From Coprothermobacter sp. (GTDB lineage Bacteria; Caldisericota; Caldisericia; Cryosericales; Cryosericaceae), in the NCBI GenBank assembly GCA_013824685.1, contig PNOG01000008.1, forward strand, positions 41,455 through 105,454: 64,000 bases of DNA, given 5' to 3'. Made by a program: the position numbers and the translations under genes. The notes under the pieces were generated by a model. The model made no database searches, was not told the DNA's origin, and saw nothing but the letters and a program-made list of their open reading frames with translations. This document shows positions 30,021-39,167 of this stretch, in pieces; position 1 is the stretch's first letter; each line of letters begins with the position of its first letter.

Positions 30021-33000
30021 CTTGGGGTATGTGATAGTGATGGTCTGGGTCGAACTTTCCCACTGCACGTCGGCGCCCAGACTCTCTGCGATGAAACGCA
30101 GAGGGAGCATCGTGCGACTGTTCAGGATCAGAGGCACGACCTTTGGGTTCGTGGCGTCGACAGGAGTCGATGTGCCGTTCACCAATGCTCTCGACTTCCC
30201 GATGACGAGCGTGAGTTCGGTCCCCTCGAGCAATATGGTCACCGTCCGACTGGCAGCATCCCAGGCAACGCTTCCACCAAGCGATTCGACAACGGCCCGG
30301 ATCGGGACCAGCGTGCGTCCCTCGACGATGACCGGCGGCGCATCCAGCACGACCGCGGAGCTGCCGACATTCATGGTGGGCAAGCCAATGCGAAGGACAA
30401 GAACCGTCCGGGGTTGTTCTGCAAGGACGCGCACAGGAATGGAACGCGCCTTGCCCGCAAGTTCCTGCCTCCCCCCGTCTCCACCCAGCAACTGAAGTTC
30501 GTCGATGTCCAGCTGTGTCGTTCCGGCCCCGAGCGCGCGGAACGTCAGGACGGCGATACTGCCGTTTCCGGTGACTGGCCGGGCGTCGCCCTTGAGCGTC
30601 GACGCGATGGTTACTTCGCCTGCAGTGCCGTGATCCTCGATGAACAGCGTTTCGGCACCCATGAGGTCTCCCTGCGCGACACTCACGAACTGTAGCGCCT
30701 TGTCGTCATAGGTGACACGACACCCCACTCCGTAGAGACTCTCCACATCACGTGCATCCACCGGCACCTGCACCGTCGCTCCCATGAACGTCTCGACCGG
30801 GACTCCCCCGACAACCACAGGAGGAGCAGTGCGGATCGCGACTTCGGCATGGACGGTCGTGACACTTGCCGGGTCCAGCGCACTGCGGACCTCGACATCC
30901 ACGGCACCGACTGTCCCCGCCGCGGCGCCCGCCGGGACCTGGACGGTCACTGCCACCGTGCCTGTCGCTCCAGACAACACCGTGACCGACGCGGGACTGA
31001 CCGAACTCGACCACCCGCTTCCGCCACGGACCGTCGACTTGACCGCGAACGTGTCTGTCCGGGTACTCCAGTTGCGAAGTCTCACCTGCAGGCGCGTTGT
31101 CGTTCCAGCGGAAACCGCACGCTCCACGGTGTCCAGCCGGACGGTCACGGCGGCACCCGAGGGCGCCTCTGGTTGGCCATAGCTGAGTTCACGAATCACG
31201 TTATGAAACCCGTCGGTCACATAGAAGGTGCCCTGCGCCGACCACGTCATCCTGCCCGGAAGATACCAGGACCTGGCAGTTGTCCAGGCGACCGATCCGT
31301 CCTGGCGGAACGCGATGAAGCGCCCGTTCTCGGCATCACTCACCAGGATGAGGCCATCAGGCAGCAGCATCGCATCGTGAGGATAGTACATCTGGCCGTC
31401 GCCGCGACCGCCGCTCACTGCTCCGAATGTCCGGATGACGACCCCGCTGGAACTGTAGCGAACTACCTGCTGAACTTCAGAAGACTCACCCCACAGGCAG
31501 ACGAGCAGGTCTCCGCCCGGCAGGATGGTCAGTCCGCCGGGCATACCGGCAGTTGTGAAACGGCCCAGTTCTGTTCCGTCGACCGCCAGATGCACAACAG
31601 ACCCATCGCCCTGGTTGCAGGCCCACAGTGTCCCATCGCTTGCCATCTCGAGATCGCTCGGCCCGTCAACCTTGCCGGCGCCAATGGTCCTGACATAGTT
31701 GCCGGCCTCATCATAGACAGCGATGAATCCTCCCTTGGCATCCTGTGCACCGACATAGACCAGTCCTGTGCCGTTTGCCGCGACGGACTCCACCAGCTGC
31801 ATCGAACGGGAGCCTGCGCGCATGACGGTGAACAGCTCGTTGCCGCTGCGGTCCAGGACGTCCACATACCCACGGTTCCACTCGATCGTCTGACCGTCGG
31901 CGGAGACGGCGGGTGAGCTGCACGTTACCCATAGCTGACCCTTGCTGTCGACGGCAACGTCCTGGGGATTGTTGAGCCGTCCCCGGAGGTCGATGGCATA
32001 GTCCTGGACAGCCACCACGCCGCCGCCGGGGGCGTACTCGACGAGCGTCGCGTGGTAGCCGCTGCCGAAGGGATTGGTCGCGTCGCGGAAGAACCCGCTG
32101 TTCATGACATAGACCGTGTCATCAGGCGCGACGGCGACGCCTCCGGGACTGAGCATTTCGCCGTCCTGGATGTCGGTCATGTCGGCCGGGTACTGCCCAA
32201 AGCTGCGCCGATATTGACCGCTGCTGGAGAAGACCTTGACGGCGGGGACCGGCAGTTCGCCGGTGCCACGATCCGCGACATAGATGTTGCCCTTTGCGTC
32301 AACTGCAAGGTCGGCAGCGCTCGTGATGAGGTTCTCCGCATCTCCTGCAGCCGCAAAGACTCGGACGGCCTTCGTTCCGCTCAACCGGTAGACGGCGCTG
32401 TCGCCGCTGGCAACGACATAAGGAAAGAGGCCTGCTGACGTCATGCCGGCGGGACGGGAGATGCCTGTCACGGCTGTCACATATGTGCCTGTCGCCGTGA
32501 ATTGCTCCAGGCGGTCATTCAACTGGTCAGCGACCCAGATGCTGCCATCCGGCAATACGGCAATGCCGGCTGGCCCCTCGAACTGGCCGGATCCCCTGCC
32601 TTCCGAGCCGAACTCCATCACAACCAGGCCGTCGGCGCCATACTTGACGACCTTGTTGCCAAAGAAGTCAGCGATATAGACGTTGCCGACACTGTCCACA
32701 GCAACGTCAGCCGGGTATTGCAGCTGCCCGCGCCCGCTCCCCAACGATCCCATGACGCGCTTGTGGACAAGGCCAGCCGAGAAAACGTGGACGCGGCCGT
32801 ACCCAGTGTCACACACGACGACGTCCCCATTTGGCAGGATGGCCACGCCCTGCGATGGGAATGCACGTGCCGACGGGTAGTCGTTCTCGACAGTGTTGAC
32901 GCTCTCGATGGTTAGCGTCCCGACATAGTCAGAGGGCATCACGCCGATTGTGTCGACCTCGATCAACGCGACGGCACCCACCGCCGTTCCCATGCCTGGC

Positions 33001-33056
33001 ACCAGCAACGCTCCAAAGAGCGCAATCACACACAGCAGGCTCATCGTTTTCTTCAT
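30015..33056 (-). CDS. Secreted NHL-repeat (beta-propeller) protein with Ig-like region, cohesin-like domain and C-terminal Cu_amine_oxidN1-like anchor
   Basis: Signal peptide MKKTMSLLCVIALFGALLVPG. Many NHL-type repeats (GQLQYPADVAVDSVGNVYIADFFGNKVVKY and similar). Cohesin-like block VQVPVDARDVESLYGVGCRVTYDDKALQFVSV...IAVLTFRALGAG. C-terminus APPVIVEGRTLVPIRAVVESLGGSVAWD...RTMLPLRFIAESLGADVQWE. Confidence 0.8.
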   Translation of the reverse strand: MKKTMSLLCVIALFGALLVPGMGTAVGAVALIEVDTIGVMPSDYVGTLTIESVNTVENDYPSARAFPSQGVAILPNGDVVVCDTGYGRVHVFSAGLVHKRVMGSLGSGRGQLQYPADVAVDSVGNVYIADFFGNKVVKYGADGLVVMEFGSEGRGSGQFEGPAGIAVLPDGSIWVADQLNDRLEQFTATGTYVTAVTGISRPAGMTSAGLFPYVVASGDSAVYRLSGTKAVRVFAAAGDAENLITSAADLAVDAKGNIYVADRGTGELPVPAVKVFSSSGQYRRSFGQYPADMTDIQDGEMLSPGGVAVAPDDTVYVMNSGFFRDATNPFGSGYHATLVEYAPGGGVVAVQDYAIDLRGRLNNPQDVAVDSKGQLWVTCSSPAVSADGQTIEWNRGYVDVLDRSGNELFTVMRAGSRSMQLVESVAANGTGLVYVGAQDAKGGFIAVYDEAGNYVRTIGAGKVDGPSDLEMASDGTLWACNQGDGSVVHLAVDGTELGRFTTAGMPGGLTILPGGDLLVCLWGESSEVQQVVRYSSSGVVIRTFGAVSGGRGDGQMYYPHDAMLLPDGLILVSDAENGRFIAFRQDGSVAWTTARSWYLPGRMTWSAQGTFYVTDGFHNVIRELSYGQPEAPSGAAVTVRLDTVERAVSAGTTTRLQVRLRNWSTRTDTFAVKSTVRGGSGWSSSVSPASVTVLSGATGTVAVTVQVPAGAAAGTVGAVDVEVRSALDPASVTTVHAEVAIRTAPPVVVGGVPVETFMGATVQVPVDARDVESLYGVGCRVTYDDKALQFVSVAQGDLMGAETLFIEDHGTAGEVTIASTLKGDARPVTGNGSIAVLTFRALGAGTTQLDIDELQLLGGDGGRQELAGKARSIPVRVLAEQPRTVLVLRIGLPTMNVGSSAVVLDAPPVIVEGRTLVPIRAVVESLGGSVAWDAASRTVTILLEGTELTLVIGKSRALVNGTSTPVDATNPKVVPLILNSRTMLPLRFIAESLGADVQWESSTQTITITYPKP

Positions 33057-33065
33057 TGCCGTCTC

Positions 33066-36000
33066 CTAGGGGTACACGTCGCCATAGTGCTGGCGCAGGA
33101 TCTGCAGGTCGGCACCGTCTATGCGACCATCACCGTTGAGGTCTGCCGTGTTGTCGTACCGTCTGTCCCCGGCCTTCGAGCCATACGCACGGGCGAGAGC
33201 GACCATGTCACCGAGGTCCACGCGCTTGTTGCCGTCGATGTCCCAGACGTTGCCTCCCGACCGCAGCGTGACGGCCAGCGACCGGGCGATCGTCTCTGTC
33301 GTTCCACTGCCGTTCGTCGCCAGAGGCTTCCCAATCCACAATTCCGTGGAGCCACTGTGCAGGACAGTGAATGTGACCGTACACACACTGCCGCGCCCCT
33401 GGACCTGGCCCGTCCTTGTTACCCCGTCGACCGCGATGCTGCCTCCCGAAGCGTCGACAGTGGAAACGAAACTCGACGGGGCCTTTCCCCCCTGGTTCAG
33501 GAAGTCGCCCTCCTGCACTGACTTCATCGAAAGGTAGTAGGGTTCGAACTGCACAGCAGCCGAAATGCCTGAGACACTCGTCGTGGTGTCGGCGGTCAGG
33601 CTGACCGTCACGTCTTCGCCCTCGCGCAGACTCCCGCCCACGATGTTCAGGCTGAGCGCCGGAACGCCTGCCACGCCCGTGACACGAATGGGCGCCGACT
33701 GATACGCCGCCTCGGAGATCTCCAGGTTCGCCGGATCATTGTTGCTCTCGACGACCGACGTCCTCAGAAGATAGTCTCCGTCGGTCAGGAAGAGATTGCC
33801 GTGAACGTCCCGACCGTCCCAGGTAAATCCATGGTCACCCACAAGCAACAGCGACCTGCGGTACACGGTCCCGAGGGTTGTCGTGCCATCTGTACCCGTG
33901 ACCGTTGCCACGACCTGCGAGGCAAAGCTGGAACCCTGAGGCTCGTCTCCTGTCTCGACGGCAGGCCGCACCCCACCGTAGCCAATGTTAAACCGGACGT
34001 CCACCGTACCACCGGGCGCCACCAGGGTTGCCGTGCTCGTATGCATCCCGCTCAGCTGTTCAGGAACTTCAACGCTCGCGCGCCAGAAGATGTAGGGCAC
34101 ATGCAGTATTCCACTGGCCGACTGCAGGGTGATCATCCCCTCGTGTGGCCCGTCTGCGACAGTGGCCGGGTCCACGGTCGTGGTCACGGTAATCTGTGCC
34201 GTTCCGCCGGGAGCGACGACGATGGATGACGGAGCGACGGTCACCTCCACGCCTGCACGCGCGTCCATCGTCCAACCGAACGAAGGCGAGAAGGTGACAC
34301 TGCCGCCTGAGAGGCTGCGGAGCTTGATCGTCGTCGCAGTGGCAACGCTGTCATCGTTGACCAGAATGGCGCCTGTCTGGAACGTCGCCTTCCCGTCGGA
34401 GGCGGCTATCCCAGCCACGGCTGGGGCGTCGATGGCAGCCGGTACGTCGACCCGGCCGGCTCCCTGAAGTGTCCACGTGATAACCTCGTCGTTCTGCCAG
34501 TTGCGCAGGACATCCGACGTGTTCATCAGCGCCAGTTTGACCGTCTCCGGCGTCCAGTCGGGACGAGCAGCCTTAATCAGCGCGACGGCTCCGGCCACCC
34601 CTGGCGAAGCCATCGACGTGCCGTCCAGCTTGGCATACTCGCCACTTGGAAACGTCGAATTCACAGTGACGCCAGGAGCAGACACCTCCGGCTTGAAGTG
34701 AAAATCCTCAGTGGGGCCCATCGAGCTGAAGTCTGCAAGCGTCCCCAGGTTGCTCCGCGTTCCAAACCGGACTACCAGCCCTCTCATTGTCAGCATCTTC
34801 AGGTCTAGTCCTGCATCCTGCGTGATGCCGATGCAGGGCACATAGTCCTTGCTCTCGTCGCCGGCCGCTACCCTGAGCGTCATCCCCAGGACACCAGGGC
34901 TGTGATTATAGATGATGACGCCGGCTGCTCCGGCTGCCTGTGCATTAAGGACCTTGTCACGGAAGTAGATCCCGCCTGTCCCGATGGGACCCCGCTCGAC
35001 AAGCGCGACCTTGCCCTTGACGTTCACGGCAGCGAAATCTGCCTTCGACCCGTACCCGGCATCCACGATGCTGTACGTAGAACCTTCCTTGAACTCCGGG
35101 GCGATGTCGGCATAGCCACCCATGATATTGTCCAGCCCCGTTCCGGTCGGCGTCACAACCTCCACGACTGGATAGGGGCCGTCGTTGGAGGCGGCTACCG
35201 CGATGGCGTTGAGCGCCGTCGCCGGCGAACCCAGGGGCCAGTTGGTCTCAGGATTGCGCGGGCCGGAGTTGCCTGTCGCTGCGACCACTACGACACCCGC
35301 CTTGACCGCGTTGTTGATGGCCTCGTTCTCGGGCGTATCGGCGGTCCCTCCGGACATGCCCAGGGACAGGTTGACGACCGTGCAGCGGTCACGCACAGAG
35401 CGGTCAAGTGCAGCGATGATGTCCCCATCGGCAGCCCCTCCTCCCTGGTCGCTGAACACCTTGTAAGCATAGAGCTTCGCCTTTGGCGCGACGCCCTGCA
35501 CCTTGCCGTCCGCGGCGGCAATGCCCGCGACGTGTGTGCCGTGACCCTGGTTGTCCATGGGGTTGCCGTCGCCGTCGGCGAAGTCGTATCCTCCTACAAC
35601 CTTCGCGTTGGGGAACCTGGCTCCGCCAAGGTCCGGATGCATATAGTCGATACCGGTGTCGATGATGCCGATGGTCGCGCCGGTTCCGTCGAGTTTCTTC
35701 CCGCCCGCCGAGGTACGGTCCCACAATGCCTGATCCACTCCGATGGCGGCATTTGTGTCATCGTCCAGGACCTGAGCCCGTCGAGATTCATAGACAAATG
35801 AAACGTGGCTCGTCCCCACAACCGCCGCGAGGTCACACCCCGCAACGCTCAGTGCAAGACCGTTGAACGTCACGCTCAGCCGCTGCTTGACTGTATACCC
35901 GACACCCTGTGCCGTCAGCGACGCCAGAAACGTAATTTGCTCCTGCGAGATCGCTGCCTCCGATGCGTGCGCGGCCACGGTGTCCAGCCACCCTTTCACC

Positions 36001-36212
36001 TCTGCGTCCTGGACTCTGCCGACCAGCGGAAGACCCTGCATGCGGACGATGACGTCCTGTAACGATGGCGACGACCCGACACGGGCCAGAAAGGCAACGT
36101 CGATCGTGGGCAGATTCAATGCGCCCCGCGCGGGCTTCCCTGGCAGCGCGCACCCCAGGAGCAGAGCCACCGCTACCACGATTCTCAGACACCATTGCAG
36201 TCGCCTCGTCAT
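33066..36212 (-). CDS. Secreted subtilisin-like S8 serine protease with PA-domain insert, Ig-like domains, cohesin-like domain and C-terminal dockerin
   Basis: Catalytic triad motifs IIDTGID, HGTHVAG, GTSMASP. PA insert VKGKVALVERG. Dockerin Ca-loops DIDGNKRVDLGD and DLNGDGRIDGAD. Start at MTRRLQWCL (signal peptide), preceded by GGAGGA. Confidence 0.88.
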   Translation of the reverse strand: MTRRLQWCLRIVVAVALLLGCALPGKPARGALNLPTIDVAFLARVGSSPSLQDVIVRMQGLPLVGRVQDAEVKGWLDTVAAHASEAAISQEQITFLASLTAQGVGYTVKQRLSVTFNGLALSVAGCDLAAVVGTSHVSFVYESRRAQVLDDDTNAAIGVDQALWDRTSAGGKKLDGTGATIGIIDTGIDYMHPDLGGARFPNAKVVGGYDFADGDGNPMDNQGHGTHVAGIAAADGKVQGVAPKAKLYAYKVFSDQGGGAADGDIIAALDRSVRDRCTVVNLSLGMSGGTADTPENEAINNAVKAGVVVVAATGNSGPRNPETNWPLGSPATALNAIAVAASNDGPYPVVEVVTPTGTGLDNIMGGYADIAPEFKEGSTYSIVDAGYGSKADFAAVNVKGKVALVERGPIGTGGIYFRDKVLNAQAAGAAGVIIYNHSPGVLGMTLRVAAGDESKDYVPCIGITQDAGLDLKMLTMRGLVVRFGTRSNLGTLADFSSMGPTEDFHFKPEVSAPGVTVNSTFPSGEYAKLDGTSMASPGVAGAVALIKAARPDWTPETVKLALMNTSDVLRNWQNDEVITWTLQGAGRVDVPAAIDAPAVAGIAASDGKATFQTGAILVNDDSVATATTIKLRSLSGGSVTFSPSFGWTMDARAGVEVTVAPSSIVVAPGGTAQITVTTTVDPATVADGPHEGMITLQSASGILHVPYIFWRASVEVPEQLSGMHTSTATLVAPGGTVDVRFNIGYGGVRPAVETGDEPQGSSFASQVVATVTGTDGTTTLGTVYRRSLLLVGDHGFTWDGRDVHGNLFLTDGDYLLRTSVVESNNDPANLEISEAAYQSAPIRVTGVAGVPALSLNIVGGSLREGEDVTVSLTADTTTSVSGISAAVQFEPYYLSMKSVQEGDFLNQGGKAPSSFVSTVDASGGSIAVDGVTRTGQVQGRGSVCTVTFTVLHSGSTELWIGKPLATNGSGTTETIARSLAVTLRSGGNVWDIDGNKRVDLGDMVALARAYGSKAGDRRYDNTADLNGDGRIDGADLQILRQHYGDVYP

Positions 36213-36325
36213 TGTTTTCCTCCTGCGCCGCCGGCGGGCCGCATGCTCAACCCGCGCAGAGGCAGATGTGTTGGGTATACCGCCAAACCGCCTCAAGGTC
36301 AATGAAGACAGAAACTCACAGTTCC

Positions 36326-36402
36326 TGTCTTCCCCGCAAGAGCAGGGATCACAGCGCGTGACAAGGATGGATTCCCGCATACGCGGGAATGACAGACAGA
36401 GG
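36326..36402. repeat. Single copy of a two-hairpin REP-like element (degenerate hairpin B plus intact hairpin A)
   Basis: tccccgcaagagcaggga, then ggattcccgcatacgcgggaatgacaga. Alignable by eye with the 91-bp unit at 61173-61382. It lies in the divergent S8/tupA intergenic region. Confidence 0.75.
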
Positions 36403-36512
36403 AGAAAGACTCTCGTACGGGCGGAGTGGAGGAAGGAGTTCCCCTCGATTTCTTGCCATACTGGTGCAGAAGTCTATACTACTATTCTCTGCAGCACCAC
36501 CGCAGAGAACAA

Positions 36513-36606
36513 TTCTTCGAGCTGTCCGACCTTCGGCGCAAGCCATGGCGTACAGCCGGCAGGGTACGGCGGGAAACGGCCGTGCCTCCCATTGTGGAAA
36601 GGAGAA
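36513..36606 (+). promoter_or_regulatory. Candidate Moco/Tuco (molybdenum/tungsten cofactor) riboswitch in the tupA leader
   Basis: The 3' segment acggccgtGCCTCCCattgtGGAAAGGAG resembles, from memory, the conserved 3' core of the Moco RNA motif and embeds the SD. The 5' segment cttcgagc resembles the conserved CUCCGAGC. Its position upstream of a tungstate transporter/Moco operon fits. No covariance model was run. Confidence 0.5.
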
Positions 36607-36609
36607 ACA

Positions 36610-38421
36610 ATGAACCGAGGTCTGTCACGTCTGCTGGTCCGCCGTATCTGTGCGGTGGTGCTCATGCTCGCATTCCTGTCTATGGCGTCCGTCCGTCCAG
36701 CGCACGCCGCGTCACTCTCCGACATCATCGGACGTCCCGACCAAGCCGTCATCGAGCAGGTCGTCGCCAAAGGCTTCATGAAGGGCTACCCGGACGGGAC
36801 GTTCCGTCCCAATGCTCCGGTCACCCGTGCCGAGTTCATCGTGGCCCTTGCGCGCTCCGCAGGGCTCGACCCCGTGCAGTCGCCCACCACAACGCTCAAG
36901 GACCTGCCCACAGGCAACTGGGCTGCTCCTCTGGTCTACGCTGCCGTGGCCAAGAGTTGGGTCTCCGGGTACCCGGACGGGACCTTCCACCCCACGGCCA
37001 ACATCACCCGTGAGGAATCGATGGTCATCGTCGCACGTCGCATGGGCTTCGAGACACGTGGCATGGCGACGCACACGGTCCTGGATAAGGTCGCGGGCTC
37101 GGAGGACCTTTCTCAATGGGCCCGGACAGCCACGGCCGCGTGTGTGCAGGAGGGCATGGTCACCGACGTGGCCAAGCCGACCACTGCTATCACGCGTGCT
37201 CAGACTGCTGCCTACTTCCCTGTCATCCTCGACTACAAGGAACCCACAACACAGTCGATGGTGCTCGCCACGACGACCTCCACCTTCGATTCCGGACTCC
37301 TGACCTTCCTCGTTCCCCTCTTCGAGAAGTCCAACCACGTGAAGGTCAAGATCATCTCCGTTGGCACCGGTCAGGCCATCACCACTGGGCGCAAGGGCGA
37401 TGCAGACGTCCTGCTCGTGCACGCGCGCGCCCAGGAAGACCTGTTCATGGCCGACGGCTTCGGCCTCTTCCGCAAGGACGTCATGTACAACGACTTCATT
37501 ATCGTGGGACCGGCAAGTGACCCTGCGAAGATCAACGGCATGACCGACGCCACCGCGGCCTTCAAGAAGCTCGCCGCTTCCAGCTCGACCTTCATCAGCC
37601 GCGGCGACAAATCTGGTACCAACACCAAGGAGCTCGACATCTGGAAGGCAGCGGGCATCACGCCTGCGGGCAAGTCCTGGTATCTCAGCGCCGGACAGGG
37701 CATGGGTGAAGTCCTCATGATGGCCGACCAGAAGCAGGCGTACACGTTGACCGACCGAGCCACCTACCTTGCGTATCAGAACGGCGGCAAGATCCAGCTG
37801 CCGATCCTCGTCCAGGGGTCCCAGGGACTACTCAATCCCTACGGCCTCATGCCCGTCAACCCCGCCAAGTACCCACAGGTCAAGGTGGACCTCGCCGTTC
37901 GATTCGCTGACTTCATGACCGGCCTGCCCGGTCAGGAACTTATCAAGAGCTTCGGCATCGAGCAATACGGACAGACCCTCTTCTTCCCGGACTCCACTGA
38001 GTGGAAGGCTACGCGCAGCCTCGACATCGTGCTCCCCAGCGGCAAGGCGGTCATCTACCACCTGAACGACGTCCGCAAGTTCCCCGTCACGACGGTCAAG
38101 ATCTACCCACAGAACAACCAGTCGCTCACGCCGGTTCTCTATGGCGGTGTCCAGCTCATCGACATCCTGAAGGTCATCTCGCCTGATCTTGCGGCCGCCA
38201 GGCGCCTGACGGTCGTCGCCACGGCCACCGACGGCAGCCGCGTGACACTGGACTATGACGACATCTACAACGCACGCACCGGTACCAGGATCACCGTCGC
38301 CTACCTGAAGAACGGTGCAACACTCTCGACCGACGACGGCTTCATGGCGCTCATGACGACGAAGGGCGCGTTCCTGGTAAACAGCCTCAAGTACGTGTAC
38401 CGGCTCGAGATCCACAAGTAG
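36610..38421 (+). CDS. tupA: Tungstate ABC transporter substrate-binding protein (TupA) fused to N-terminal SLH domains and a C-terminal approximately 150-aa molybdopterin-oxidoreductase-like domain
   Basis: Signal peptide MNRGLSRLLV...AHA. SLH repeats (GFMKGYPDGTFRPNAPVTRAEF; WVSGYPDGTFHPTANITREE). TupA hallmark ATTTSTFDSGLL and RGDKSGTNTKE. C-terminal YGGVQLIDILK...ATDGSRVTLDYDD...AYLKNG. ATG 36610 lies after GGAAAGGAG. Confidence 0.8.
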   Translation: MNRGLSRLLVRRICAVVLMLAFLSMASVRPAHAASLSDIIGRPDQAVIEQVVAKGFMKGYPDGTFRPNAPVTRAEFIVALARSAGLDPVQSPTTTLKDLPTGNWAAPLVYAAVAKSWVSGYPDGTFHPTANITREESMVIVARRMGFETRGMATHTVLDKVAGSEDLSQWARTATAACVQEGMVTDVAKPTTAITRAQTAAYFPVILDYKEPTTQSMVLATTTSTFDSGLLTFLVPLFEKSNHVKVKIISVGTGQAITTGRKGDADVLLVHARAQEDLFMADGFGLFRKDVMYNDFIIVGPASDPAKINGMTDATAAFKKLAASSSTFISRGDKSGTNTKELDIWKAAGITPAGKSWYLSAGQGMGEVLMMADQKQAYTLTDRATYLAYQNGGKIQLPILVQGSQGLLNPYGLMPVNPAKYPQVKVDLAVRFADFMTGLPGQELIKSFGIEQYGQTLFFPDSTEWKATRSLDIVLPSGKAVIYHLNDVRKFPVTTVKIYPQNNQSLTPVLYGGVQLIDILKVISPDLAAARRLTVVATATDGSRVTLDYDDIYNARTGTRITVAYLKNGATLSTDDGFMALMTTKGAFLVNSLKYVYRLEIHK

Positions 38422-38447
38422 CATGCAGACGACGCGGAGGGACAGCG

Positions 38448-39167
38448 ATGGGTGATATCGGCCGGGGCTTCGCGCAGGCCGTTCGGCTCATCCTCTCCCT
38501 GGACCCCGGAACGTACGAGGCCCTGGGGACGTCCCTCCGCGTCACCATGAGCGCCCTGTTCTGGTCAGCACTGGCAGGGTTCCCTCTCGGCATCCTGCTC
38601 GCATTCGCCCACTTCCGGGGCAAGCAGGGCGTCATGAACGTCGTCTACACCCTGATGGGGTTCCCGCCGGTGGTGGCGGGCCTCCTGGTGTACCTCCTGT
38701 TCTCCCGCAGCGGCCCCCTCGGGCCGCTGGAACTGCTTTACACCCCGACAGCGATGGTGGTCGCTCAGATCGCGCTGGCTCTCCCGGTCATCGTGGGCCT
38801 GTCAGTCCTTGGACTGCGCGGTGCCGACAAGGGCGTCTTCGACCTCGCGCTCACGCTTGGAGCCACACGCCCACAGGCGTCCATCGCGCTGGTGCGCGAG
38901 GCACGCCTGGCTATCCTAGGCGCCGTCATCACGGCGTTTGGCAACGCCATCAGCGAGGTCGGGGCAGCCATGCTGGTGGGCGGCAACATCCAAGGGGCAA
39001 CCCGTACGCTTACCACGGCACTCGTCCTCGAGACCCGTCAGGGGAGCTTCGATCGCGCCATCGCGCTTGGCATCATCCTGCTCCTCGTCTCCTTTCTCGT
39101 CAACATCGTCCTGTCCCACCTGGGCGAGGGAACATCGGAGGCCGGCAATGTCCGCCACCTCGACTGA
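38448..39167 (+). CDS. tupB: Tungstate ABC transporter permease
   Basis: A 239-aa permease of about 5 TM with an EAA-like loop (LTLGATRPQASIALVREARLA). Adjacent to tupA. Confidence 0.8.
   Translation: MGDIGRGFAQAVRLILSLDPGTYEALGTSLRVTMSALFWSALAGFPLGILLAFAHFRGKQGVMNVVYTLMGFPPVVAGLLVYLLFSRSGPLGPLELLYTPTAMVVAQIALALPVIVGLSVLGLRGADKGVFDLALTLGATRPQASIALVREARLAILGAVITAFGNAISEVGAAMLVGGNIQGATRTLTTALVLETRQGSFDRAIALGIILLLVSFLVNIVLSHLGEGTSEAGNVRHLD

Noticed and set aside
35863-36609. Long N-terminal extension of the tupA ORF (track start at 35863)
   Set aside because: It overlaps the S8 protease gene on the other strand and crosses the REP-like element and the riboswitch-like leader. A signal peptide with an SD starts at 36610.
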